In this document: positions 52,523-61,557 of the stretch, piece by piece
Layout of the letters: each line of letters opens with the position of its first letter
Position numbering within the stretch: the first letter of the stretch is position 1
DNA from: an uncultured Gammaproteobacteria bacterium
Lineage (GTDB): Bacteria > Patescibacteriota > Microgenomatia > PFEM01 > JAPLYW01
Direction: 5' to 3'
Assembly: GCA_965230945.1 (NCBI GenBank)
Contig: OZ246397.1
Span: forward strand, 539,925 to 603,924
DNA length: 64,000 nt
Notes under the pieces: generated by a model
The model's input: the letters and a program-made list of their open reading frames with translations, nothing else
Databases searched by the model: none
What the model was told of the DNA's origin: nothing
Made by a program: the position numbers and the translations under genes

Positions 52523-54238
52523 ATGAACGCTGATTTTATCTTAATAGGTTGGCTAGGAGTTGTTTTAGCTATGGCTTTTTTAGGCGGATTTCTGGCCAGA
52601 AAAGCTAAGCAACCAGCTGTAGTTGGTTATCTTTTGGTAGGGGTTTTTATAAGTCTTTTTACTTCAAAGCTTTTTCCAGCTAAGAATCTTTTATCTTTTT
52701 TAGCAGAGATGGGCGTGGCCTTGTTAATGTTTACCTTAGGATTGGAGCTTTCTTTAGATTATCTTAGGCGTGTTAAGATGGTGGCTATCTGGGGGGCCTT
52801 AGTTCAAATTTTACTAATTATTGTCCTTTCTATTTTTATTCTGCCTTTGTTTGGTTTTGACTTTTACTCTTCTTTGTTTATGGGAGCAGCTTTTTCCTTA
52901 TCTTCTACCGCCATTGTCGTTAAGATTTTGTCAGAAAAGGGTAGTATTGATACTTTGCCTGGGGAGATTATGCTAGGTTGGCTTTTGGTTCAAGATCTGG
53001 CGGTTTTGCCGATGCTAGTTATTCTGCCTGCTATTGCCGGTAATGGGGGAGGTTTTGGTCTCCTGGCTCTTAATATTTTGAAGGTTTTTGCTGTTTTGAT
53101 AGGAGTCTTATTATTAGGCAGGAAATTAGTGCCTAAATTTATTAACTGGGTTTCTAATTTTAGTTCCCGTGAGTTACTTTTAATCGCCGTTTTTTCCCTT
53201 TGCTTATTAACGGCCATTTTTACTTCAGCATTGGGCTTGTCTTTGGCCATGGGGGCTTTTTTGGCAGGTTTAATAATTTCTAAGAGTTCTGAAAACCATG
53301 CTATCTTTTCTGAGATAAGGCCGCTACGAGATGTTTTTTCTATCGTCTTTTTTGTTTCTTTGGGAATGTTTTTAAACCCTTACTTTTTGGCCTCTAATAT
53401 CTTAATGATCTTATTAATCAGTATCTTAATTGTCTTATTTAAGATGATTATCATCATGGGTTTGGTTTTATATTTAGGTTATCATGCCAAAACATCAATT
53501 TTAGTAGGCATGGGGTTGGTTCAGGTGGGTGAGTTTGCCTTTATTCTTTCTCGAGTCGGTTTAAGTCAAAACCTTATCAATGAGAATGTTTATTCAATTA
53601 TTTTATCGGTGGCTTTGTTAACTATTTTAATTACTCCTTGGTTTATCTCTGCTGCTCCCAGGTTTTACTTTTTCTTGCAAAAAGCTAGTAAACGTTTCCC
53701 TAGGATTTACGAACATTTATTTGCTAAAGTTGATAGGTTTGAGAAGGAAGGGGGATTGGAATTAGAAGATCATGTTGTTATTTGTGGTTATGGTCGGGTG
53801 GGAAGTTGGCTAGCTCGAGCCTTGCAGCTTTTAAATGTTCCTTATGTGGTTATTGATTATAATCACCGCATCATTATGAAACTTAAAAAGCAGGGAGTAG
53901 AAGCTTTATATGGTGATCCGGCTGACATTGATGTTTTGCAATTTGCTCAGGTTAGAAAAGCTAAGATTGTCGTCATGGCGATTCCTGATCAGGCCACCCA
54001 AGAAATTATCATTGCCAATTGTCAAACATTAAATTCCAGTATTAAAGTTATCTCTAGAATCCATCAAAAGGAAGCATTTTCTAGATTAAAAACATTAGGA
54101 GTAACCTGTTTTATCCAGCCTGAGTTTGAGGCGGCTTTGTCTATTATTCATCGGGTTTTGCAGTTTTTAGGGGTCAATAAAGAAGAAATTCCAGGTAAGA
54201 TTAAGAGAATTAAAATAGAGCATGGCATGTTTAAATAG
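52523..54238 (+). CDS. CPA2 cation:proton antiporter (Kef-type) with C-terminal RCK/TrkA-N domain
   Basis: About 12 TM helices; HVVICGYGRVGSWLARAL Rossmann motif. Confidence 0.8.
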   Translation: MNADFILIGWLGVVLAMAFLGGFLARKAKQPAVVGYLLVGVFISLFTSKLFPAKNLLSFLAEMGVALLMFTLGLELSLDYLRRVKMVAIWGALVQILLIIVLSIFILPLFGFDFYSSLFMGAAFSLSSTAIVVKILSEKGSIDTLPGEIMLGWLLVQDLAVLPMLVILPAIAGNGGGFGLLALNILKVFAVLIGVLLLGRKLVPKFINWVSNFSSRELLLIAVFSLCLLTAIFTSALGLSLAMGAFLAGLIISKSSENHAIFSEIRPLRDVFSIVFFVSLGMFLNPYFLASNILMILLISILIVLFKMIIIMGLVLYLGYHAKTSILVGMGLVQVGEFAFILSRVGLSQNLINENVYSIILSVALLTILITPWFISAAPRFYFFLQKASKRFPRIYEHLFAKVDRFEKEGGLELEDHVVICGYGRVGSWLARALQLLNVPYVVIDYNHRIIMKLKKQGVEALYGDPADIDVLQFAQVRKAKIVVMAIPDQATQEIIIANCQTLNSSIKVISRIHQKEAFSRLKTLGVTCFIQPEFEAALSIIHRVLQFLGVNKEEIPGKIKRIKIEHGMFK

Positions 54239-54298
54239 AGATTAAAGATGATATTTTATTTTAATTGAGTTTCCGTCAGGAAATTTTTTGTTTTAAAA

Positions 54299-55429
54299 AT
54301 GAAAGACTTTTTTGAAGTTTTAAAAAAAGATAAAAAAACTAAGGCTAAAAGAGGTAGGTTAAATACAGCTCATGGCCAGATTTTAACCCCAGCCTTTGTG
54401 CCGGTAGGAAGTCAAGCGACAGTGAAGAGCCTAAGTTCAGAAGATTTAAAAGAGATTGGTACTCAGGTATTGTTTGTTAATACTTACCATTTATATTTAA
54501 GACCGAAGGTAGATTTGATTAGAAAGCTTGGTGGCTTACATCGTTTTATGAATTGGTCAGGGCCAATTATGAGTGACAGTGGAGGCTTTCAGGTTTTTTC
54601 TCTAGGAAGATTAGAAAATCAAGTCAAAATAGATTATTATGGGGTCACTTTTTATTCTCATCTTGATGGTTCTAAGCATTATTTTACCCCCAAAAAATCA
54701 ATTGCAATCCAAAAAAAATTAGGAGCAGATATGATGGTTGCTTTTGACGAATGCCCTCCTTACCCGGTGGAGCATGATTATGCCAAGTTGGCTATGGAAA
54801 GGACTCATCGTTGGGCCAAGCAGAGTTTAAGAGCGGCCGAAAGTAGGTCTCATCAATTTCTTTTTGGTGTTATTCAAGGGGGTGTTTTTCAGGATTTAAG
54901 GATAGCTTCGACGAAGTTTATCTCTTCTCTACCTTTTGATGGGTTGGCTATTGGTGGGGTGGCTGTTGGTGAGTCAAAAAAGGAAATGCTTCAGGTATTA
55001 GATTGGGTGATGCCGGTTTTATCTTCTTTAAAAAGTTTTAAAAAGCCAGTTCATCTTTTAGGAGTAGGGGAGGTGGATGATGTTTTTAAAGCCGTAGAAA
55101 GAGGAGTTGATATGATGGACTGTGTTATGCCGACTCGTTTGGGCAGGATGGGCCATATTCTTTCCAAAAAAGCCAAAGATTTTAAATATGATGTTACCAA
55201 GGTAAAATTTGCCGATGATTTGAGACCCTTAGATGAAAATTGTCATTGTTTTGTTTGTCAGAATTACTTTCGGGCTTATCTTCATCATTTGTTTAGATCC
55301 AAAGAACTTTTAGCTTACCGTTTGGCTACTTATCATAATCTCTACTTTATGGAAGACCTTTTTGCTAGAATAAGAGAGGCGATCAAAAATGATTGTTTTA
55401 AAGAATTAAAAAGAGAATGGCTAAAATAA
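54299..55429 (+). CDS. tgt: Queuine tRNA-ribosyltransferase
   Basis: TPAFVPVGSQATVK, SDSGGFQV, FDECPPYP, LAIGGVAVGE, zinc site CHCFVCQNY...H. Confidence 0.9.
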   Translation: MKDFFEVLKKDKKTKAKRGRLNTAHGQILTPAFVPVGSQATVKSLSSEDLKEIGTQVLFVNTYHLYLRPKVDLIRKLGGLHRFMNWSGPIMSDSGGFQVFSLGRLENQVKIDYYGVTFYSHLDGSKHYFTPKKSIAIQKKLGADMMVAFDECPPYPVEHDYAKLAMERTHRWAKQSLRAAESRSHQFLFGVIQGGVFQDLRIASTKFISSLPFDGLAIGGVAVGESKKEMLQVLDWVMPVLSSLKSFKKPVHLLGVGEVDDVFKAVERGVDMMDCVMPTRLGRMGHILSKKAKDFKYDVTKVKFADDLRPLDENCHCFVCQNYFRAYLHHLFRSKELLAYRLATYHNLYFMEDLFARIREAIKNDCFKELKREWLK

Positions 55430-56274
55430 AAAATAATTCTTATTATCGAAAAAAGAGACGGACAAGAAAAAAGAAGAGTAAGTTTGCTTGGGTAGGACGG
55501 TTTTTTTTAATCCTTTTGGTGGTTCTTTGCTTGGGTTTGGTTTTTAGGCTTTATCAGTCGGTTAATCGTAGTCTTTGGAAAGGTGATAGCCGTTTTAATT
55601 TGGTTTTTAATTCCGCTCCGGTTTTAGTTGCTTCTTTTGATTCTTTTGAGAATAAGGTAGATCTTTTACTTATTCCTCAAGGGACTTTTATTGAAGCTGT
55701 TCATGGTTATGGTCCTTGTCGGGCAGAATCAATTTATCGTCTGGGACAGTTAAATAATCAAGGGGGAGATTTTCTTTCGTCTAGCTTGCAAAACTATTTA
55801 GGATTGCCTATTGACGGTTATCTGTTGACTTCAGAGGTTAGTTTCCAAAAAGATGATAATTCTTTTTTAAAAAGTTATTTAGTTAAAAATTTGTCCTTTT
55901 TTTCAAAAAAAAGACAAGAAACTAATCTCAGTAACTGGGATTTAATTCGCCTTTGGTGGCATTTTAGAAAAATAAGGCCGGACAAATTTAATCTTATTGA
56001 TCTTAGTCAAACCCAGGCTTCAGAAAAGATTCTCTTGGCTGACGGAAGTAAGGCTATGAAGATTGATCCTAAGCGCTTGGAGTTAATTATGGTTCAGTTT
56101 TTTGCTGATAGAAAAATTAAGGAAGAAGGCTTAACGATTTCTATTTTGAACAGCACCTCTCATTTTGGTTTAGCTGCTAAAGTGGCCAATTTAATTAAAA
56201 ACATTGGCGGACGAATTGTTAAGGTAGGGGAGTTGGAAAAGTCAGGCTTGAATGATGATGATTTTAATTGCTAG
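55417..56274 (+). CDS. Membrane-anchored LytR_C / LCP-like protein
   Basis: Basic N-terminus plus TM helix. The C-terminal LTISILNSTSHFGLAAKVANLIKNIGGRIVKVGE resembles the LytR C-terminal domain. Confidence 0.45.
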   Translation: MAKIKNNSYYRKKRRTRKKKSKFAWVGRFFLILLVVLCLGLVFRLYQSVNRSLWKGDSRFNLVFNSAPVLVASFDSFENKVDLLLIPQGTFIEAVHGYGPCRAESIYRLGQLNNQGGDFLSSSLQNYLGLPIDGYLLTSEVSFQKDDNSFLKSYLVKNLSFFSKKRQETNLSNWDLIRLWWHFRKIRPDKFNLIDLSQTQASEKILLADGSKAMKIDPKRLELIMVQFFADRKIKEEGLTISILNSTSHFGLAAKVANLIKNIGGRIVKVGELEKSGLNDDDFNC

Positions 56275-56426
56275 ATAAGATCTGAGAGAAAGTATAAAAA
56301 TTCCTATACCGTTAAAAAATTAAGTAAGATTTTTAATTGTCGATGGAGAGGAGAGGATCTACTAAATGAGAGAGCTTTGGTTGTTTTGATTGTCAAAGAG
56401 GGTTATTGGCGGTTGCTTAAATTACC

Positions 56427-57068
56427 TTAGGAAAAGGAAGGGATATTGATAAACTTCTTTCCTTTGTTTACTTCACGGATAAAAATTTCTAAATGTTGAT
56501 GATCAACATTTTTAACAAAACCTTCATATTTATTACCAGCCTTCATAAATTTTATTAATCTTTGTGAGAGGTCTTCAGGAACAGTACCTAGATAATTATC
56601 ATCTTCGCTTAAGATGCTAACGAGCCTTTTTTTAGCCACCATAAGGATTGGATCAGCATTATTTAGTTTTCCTAGGATGTCAGGCTGGGCTAGGCGGACG
56701 AGAGTGACGATTTTTGTTTTCCCAGGCTCCTCTAGAAATATTTTGGAGGAAGAAAAAGGATTTCTTTTTTTAGTTGCTGTTTTTTTAATTTTACCTCCCT
56801 TGGAAAGTCTATTGATGTTTCTATTGGCGATGGGGTTAAAGCTATCAAACTTAAGTACTTTTTTATAAGTTTTCAGAGCTTGGTCTATTTTGCCAATTTC
56901 CCAGTGACATTTAGCTAGCCTGTTTAAGGCGGCAATGTTTTTTGGGTCCTCTTTGATAATTTTTTTGTTTACTTCAATTGCCTTTTCCCAGTTTTGGGCT
57001 AGGCTAGCTTTAATTGCTTGTTCTTCCAGATTATTATTCATTCTGATAAAGATATAATTTTTCCCCAT
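56427..57068 (-). CDS. TPR-repeat protein, hypothetical
   Basis: AIKASLAQNWEKAIEVNKKIIKEDPKNIAALNRLAKCHWEIGKIDQALKTYKKVLKFD is TPR-like. The start is uncertain; the alternative Met gives an end at 57041. Confidence 0.5.
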   Translation of the reverse strand: MGKNYIFIRMNNNLEEQAIKASLAQNWEKAIEVNKKIIKEDPKNIAALNRLAKCHWEIGKIDQALKTYKKVLKFDSFNPIANRNINRLSKGGKIKKTATKKRNPFSSSKIFLEEPGKTKIVTLVRLAQPDILGKLNNADPILMVAKKRLVSILSEDDNYLGTVPEDLSQRLIKFMKAGNKYEGFVKNVDHQHLEIFIREVNKGKKFINIPSFS

Positions 57069-57107
57069 TGCTTGTCAATAAGAAGATTAACAGGTAAAAT
57101 ATTAAGG

Positions 57108-57857
57108 ATGTCTGGACATTCCAAGTGGTCAACAATCAAGCGTCAAAAAGAAGCAACAGATGCCCGTCGAGGCGAAGTTTTTACTAAGTTGGGGAATTTA
57201 ATTACCACCGCCGTTAAGGCCGGTGGGGGAATTACTGATCCTGAGAAGAATTTTAAGCTCCGCTTGGCAATGGAGAAAGCACGATCTTTAAATATGCCAA
57301 AGGAGAATATTCAAAGGGCAATTAGCAGAGGAGCAGGTGAAAGAGGGGTAGCGGATTGGACAGAGACGCTTTACGAAGGATATGGCCCTTCAGGTATTGC
57401 CGTCATTGTAGAAACAGCCACTGATAATAAAAATCGAACGACAGCCGAAATTAAAAATGTCTTTGAAAGAGGAGGAGGTAATGTTGCCAGCCCGGGAGCA
57501 GTTTCTTTCCAGTTTAAGAAATCAGGCTTGATAACCGTGGAAAAAGCAAGTAATCCAGAAGAACAGACTTTAAGTTTAATGGATATTGAAGTTGAGGATG
57601 TAGAACAGGCAACTGACGTTATTGAAGTTTATACAAAACCAGGGCAATTGAGAGAAGTAAGAAAGAAAATAGAGTCTATTGGTTTTAAAGTTTTAAGCGA
57701 GGAGTTAATGATGAAGCCCTTAAATGAGGTTAAAATAGAGGATAAAAACAAAGCTGAGAAAATTTTAAAATTTATGAATACCCTAGAAGAACATGGCGAT
57801 GTTCAAAAGGTTTATGCCAACTTTGATATTCCTCAAGATATTTTAGATAAGAACTAA
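57108..57857 (+). CDS. yebC: YebC/PmpR family transcriptional regulator
   Basis: MSGHSKWSTIKRQKEATDARRGEVFTKL. ATG 57108 is preferred over the track start at 57018. Confidence 0.9.
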   Translation: MSGHSKWSTIKRQKEATDARRGEVFTKLGNLITTAVKAGGGITDPEKNFKLRLAMEKARSLNMPKENIQRAISRGAGERGVADWTETLYEGYGPSGIAVIVETATDNKNRTTAEIKNVFERGGGNVASPGAVSFQFKKSGLITVEKASNPEEQTLSLMDIEVEDVEQATDVIEVYTKPGQLREVRKKIESIGFKVLSEELMMKPLNEVKIEDKNKAEKILKFMNTLEEHGDVQKVYANFDIPQDILDKN

Positions 57858-58636
57858 TGTTAAAGCTAGATAAAAGAAAGAGATTTATTATTACGGCTCT
57901 TATCCTTACCTTAGCTCTTTTAGGTATTCATCTAAGTGGAATATGGTGGCGCTATCAGGCAATGGCCATTTTAGCGGTTTTAACTTATCTTTTATCAGCT
58001 TGGTCATTAAAAGAAGGTCTAAGTGGGATTGAATGGTTTACAGTTTTAATCTTGCCGGTTCTTTTTACTGCTGGCCTAGGTTTGTTTTATTTTCTAACGC
58101 CTGTTTCTTGGTGGGCGCGGATACCCGTTCTTTTGCTTTTTGGAGGCGGAATTTATGCTTTATTGCTTACTGAGAATATCTTTTCAGTAGCGGCCATCAG
58201 AACTATTCAGTTACTCCGTTCAGCGCATGCGGTGAGTTTCTTGCTAACCTTGGTAACGGCCTTTTTTATTTATAATGTTATTTTTTCTTTTAGGCAAACT
58301 ATTTGGTTTAACTTTCTAGCCGTTTTTTTATTGAGTTTTCCTTTAATCTTGCAAGGCCTTTGGTGTATTAATCTTGAGGCTAAGATAAGTAAAAGTCTTT
58401 GGCTTTATACCTTAGCTTTGTCTTTAGTTATAGGAGAGGCTGCTTTGGTTTTTTCATTTTGGCCAGTAAGTGTGGCTGTAGGCTCTTTATCATTGACGAC
58501 CACTTTATATATCGTTTTAGGTTTAACTCAGCAGTATTTAAATGAAAGACTTTTTAAAAAGACGATAAACGAATATGTTGCTGTAGGTATTGCTGTTTTA
58601 GTCGTTATTTTATTAACGACACATTGGGGCGGATAA
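57857..58636 (+). CDS. Polytopic membrane protein, hypothetical
   Basis: About 7 TM helices; ATG overlaps the yebC stop. Confidence 0.45.
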   Translation: MLKLDKRKRFIITALILTLALLGIHLSGIWWRYQAMAILAVLTYLLSAWSLKEGLSGIEWFTVLILPVLFTAGLGLFYFLTPVSWWARIPVLLLFGGGIYALLLTENIFSVAAIRTIQLLRSAHAVSFLLTLVTAFFIYNVIFSFRQTIWFNFLAVFLLSFPLILQGLWCINLEAKISKSLWLYTLALSLVIGEAALVFSFWPVSVAVGSLSLTTTLYIVLGLTQQYLNERLFKKTINEYVAVGIAVLVVILLTTHWGG

Positions 58637-59333
58637 GAAATTAACTTCTAAAAAAATTAAAACTTTAAATTTTTTTTGAGAGACATCCGGAAAAGGGGAG
58701 TAGGGGCTATAAAAATCTTCTTTAAGAGATGAAAAGCCTATAATAATTATAGTCATTTCATACAGAATATAGGGTAGTTTTCACGAAATGACAGAGAAAT
58801 TTTTAACTGCTATGTTGATATAGTTTGATATATTTGTTAGAGAGGATTGTGGATAACTTAGAGGATAGAAAAAAGACTTAAAAATAAAAAAAAATAAATA
58901 AAAAAGAGCAGAAGAGAAATCTCTAAAAAGAATGTGTCACCTTTATCTTATCCCCTTAAAAAGACAGAGATATGCTTAAAAGAGGATAGAAAAGCCTATT
59001 CTAATAAGGTCGCACAATGTAGCTTTTACGACATGTTCTGAATCTACCTTCCAGAGGAGGGTTTCAAACATAGGTCTCTAAGATATAAAAAATAAAAGAT
59101 TTTTTAAGAAATAATATTCTTACTCGCCTCTTTATCTTTCTTATTTATTCTCTATTTTGAGGCCTATTTCTGAAAAATACCTGTCCCCCAATAAAACCCG
59201 AAAATACAGGCTCAAACTGTACTTAATTAGGTATAAATCATCATCTGATTCCCCTATCTAATTTGAAGCTAATTATAGGTTTTATAAGAAGCTAGTTAAT
59301 AATTTTCTTTGGGAAAAGATGTTATAATACATT

Positions 59334-60734
59334 ATGAAAAAAATAATATCCGTCGGTTATGAAATCCCTGGAAATTCTGATTTATACATACCATATTCTT
59401 CAAATAAATCATTATTAGACAGTGAAATAGTTATTTTCTGTCCAGAGTTTAAAGATTATGATGTGGATTATATTAATAGCTCTTACCGTGGGAAGATTTT
59501 ATATTCGGAAGATGGGACTTCCAATCTAAAAGAAGATACTAATCATTGGAAAGATGAGTTGGATATTTTACTTAAAGATGGTAAAACGATATTTGTTTTA
59601 TTAAAAAGACTTGAGGAATTTTATATCCATACTGGTGAAAAGAATTTTTCAGGAACTGGGAAAAATGCAAGAATCACAAATATTGTCACAAATTATGATA
59701 ATTACCATTTTCTCCCTAGTATTGATTTATCTTTAGCGCCGTCTACTGGTAAAAAAATCAAATTTCCCGGTAATCCAATCTTCTCAGTCTTATGGAAAGA
59801 TTTTTCCAAGCATTTTGAGTATGAAAATTATATTAATGAAAACATAAAGGATCCTTTATTTACAACAGAGACAGGCAAAAAAGCAGTTGGGAGTATTCAT
59901 AAAATTGGGAAAGGTTATCTTATTTTATTACCGATGATAAATTATGACGAAGATAAGTTTGTTTATTATGATAAAAAGAAAAAAGAACCATACTGGACTA
60001 AAGAAGCAGTAGAATTTGGCAATAGATTAATAAAAGACTTTATAGAAATAGATAAAGCCTTAAGTGTTGTCTCTGGTCTTACTCCTCAACCTGACTGGGT
60101 TAAATCGAAGAAATATCAATTTATTACCGAAGTAGAATTACAAACTCAGATAGACATAATTGATTCAAAGATAAAAGATTTTATCCAAAAAAAACAGAGC
60201 CTTCAGGAAAAAATAAATAAAGAACAAGAATTAAAAATGCTTCTATATGAATCTGGGAAACCTCTTGAGAGAGCAGTTGTTAATGCTTTAAGGAAAATTG
60301 ACTATAAAGCAGAAAATTTTAAAGAAGGCGATTTGGAAATTGATCAGTTAATTGTTTCTCCGGAAGGAGATAGATTTATTGCTGAGACTGAAGGAAAAGA
60401 TAATTCTCCAATAAATATAGATAAGATTAGACAATTATCTAGTAACATTCAGGAAGACTTGGCTCGAGATAAAGTATCTAAAGCTGCTGACGGTATACTA
60501 TTTGGGAATGGTTTTAGGTTAATTGTGCCAGAAAAAAGAGATTTACAGTTTACTGAGAAGTGCCAATCAATTGCAAAAAAGTTTAACTATATTCTTATTA
60601 CAACCGATTCTTTATTTTCGGTTGCAAGATATCTTAAGGAAAACAAGAACACTGATTTTGCCAAGAAATGTAGAAAGAAAATTTTATCCAGCAAAGGAAC
60701 TATTGTTAAATTCCCATCCATACCCAAAAAATGA
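59334..60734 (+). CDS. Orphan 466-aa protein: alpha/beta N-domain, coiled coil, C-terminal PD-(D/E)xK-like nuclease-fold candidate
   Basis: Very AT-rich (15/60 GC in line 59401-59460). Coiled segment QTQIDIIDSKIKDFIQKKQSLQEKINKEQELK. C-terminal LERAVVNALRKIDYKAENFKEGDLEIDQLIVSPEGDRFIAETEGK (D...ExK-like). Confidence 0.5.
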   Translation: MKKIISVGYEIPGNSDLYIPYSSNKSLLDSEIVIFCPEFKDYDVDYINSSYRGKILYSEDGTSNLKEDTNHWKDELDILLKDGKTIFVLLKRLEEFYIHTGEKNFSGTGKNARITNIVTNYDNYHFLPSIDLSLAPSTGKKIKFPGNPIFSVLWKDFSKHFEYENYINENIKDPLFTTETGKKAVGSIHKIGKGYLILLPMINYDEDKFVYYDKKKKEPYWTKEAVEFGNRLIKDFIEIDKALSVVSGLTPQPDWVKSKKYQFITEVELQTQIDIIDSKIKDFIQKKQSLQEKINKEQELKMLLYESGKPLERAVVNALRKIDYKAENFKEGDLEIDQLIVSPEGDRFIAETEGKDNSPINIDKIRQLSSNIQEDLARDKVSKAADGILFGNGFRLIVPEKRDLQFTEKCQSIAKKFNYILITTDSLFSVARYLKENKNTDFAKKCRKKILSSKGTIVKFPSIPKK

Positions 60735-60814
60735 AGCCAGTATTGAAATTTGTAGACTTTGGTAAGTAGTGTATAAATTGACAAAACAAGGATATAATAT
60801 TATACTTGCTTTCG

Positions 60815-60836
60815 CCTATTGATAAATAGGTTTTTT
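60815..60836 (+). terminator. Rho-independent terminator
   Basis: CCTAT (60815-60819) pairs with ATAGG (60826-60830), followed by T6. Confidence 0.45.
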
Positions 60837-60869
60837 GTTCTTTAACAACAAGTTAAGAGGGAGAAATTC

Positions 60870-61004
60870 ATGGGAGAAAATAAAGACAGCAATGTAGTTG
60901 ACTTTTTTATCGCGAAAGAAAAGCTTGAGCGAAAGAAAGGCAATTTATTACTTATTTGGTTTATCGATTTATTAATAAATTTTTTTAAGGGGTGGCAAAG
61001 ATGA
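60870..61004 (+). CDS. Small ORF (44 aa), hypothetical; below the ORF-track cut-off
   Basis: Manual read: SD AGAGGGAG upstream; MGENKDSNVVDFFIAKEKLERKKGNLLLIWFIDLLINFFKGWQR. Its TGA overlaps ATG 61001 (ATGA coupling). Confidence 0.3.
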   Translation: MGENKDSNVVDFFIAKEKLERKKGNLLLIWFIDLLINFFKGWQR

Positions 61005-61402
61005 AAAAAATAAAGAAGAAGAGAGAAGGTATAAGTCCTGGTCCTTACTTTATTTATTTAGTAATGCTGATCGGTGTGTCTCTTTTTATCTTTACAGGTA
61101 TTTATTTGTTATTAAGTTCTTCTGTAGACTATGATTTTGCAGGTTTTATTATCCTAATCAGTTTTTTTCTGATTTTTTTCGCTCGTTCATTCTCTGAAGA
61201 GTTTGATTTTTCATTGTTACGTTTAGGAGTTAGGGTTTTGTTAATTATCATAGTTGTTTTTAGTTCAGCTTTCTTTATTTGGGGTATGATCATAGGTGCC
61301 AAAGATATCATAAATGGAGCTTTTCTTGCTTTCCTTTTAGCCTCGAGCGGCTTTTTAGTTAAAGAGTATCTTTTTAAAAGGAAAAACGAGACTCCTTTCT
61401 AG
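61001..61402 (+). CDS. Small 4-TM membrane protein, hypothetical
   Basis: Basic N-terminus KKIKKKREG then 4 hydrophobic helices. ATG 61001 is preferred over GTG 60992. Confidence 0.4.
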   Translation: MKKIKKKREGISPGPYFIYLVMLIGVSLFIFTGIYLLLSSSVDYDFAGFIILISFFLIFFARSFSEEFDFSLLRLGVRVLLIIIVVFSSAFFIWGMIIGAKDIINGAFLAFLLASSGFLVKEYLFKRKNETPF

Positions 61403-61411
61403 GATTCTACC

Positions 61412-61464
61412 GGCTAGGCATTTCTTTAGATTGTTTTTATTAAATAATCTATTTTTGCCTAGCC
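61412..61464. repeat. 9-bp perfect inverted repeat with AT-rich 35-nt spacer
   Basis: GGCTAGGCA (61412-61420) and TGCCTAGCC (61456-61464); between the membrane-protein gene and the xer promoter. Confidence 0.4.
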
Positions 61465-61521
61465 AAATCCTCTTAACTTGTTTTTATCATTAAAGTTACC
61501 TGACGGTGGCTTTTTTGTTAC

Positions 61522-61550
61522 TTGCCTTTACTCTTACAATGTCGTACAAT
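61522..61550 (+). promoter_or_regulatory. Sigma70-like promoter candidate, geometry implies a leaderless xer mRNA
   Basis: TTGCCT (61522-61527), 17 nt spacer, TACAAT (61545-61550); ATG at 61558 lies 7 nt after the -10 element. Confidence 0.35.
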
Positions 61551-61557
61551 ATTTTTA

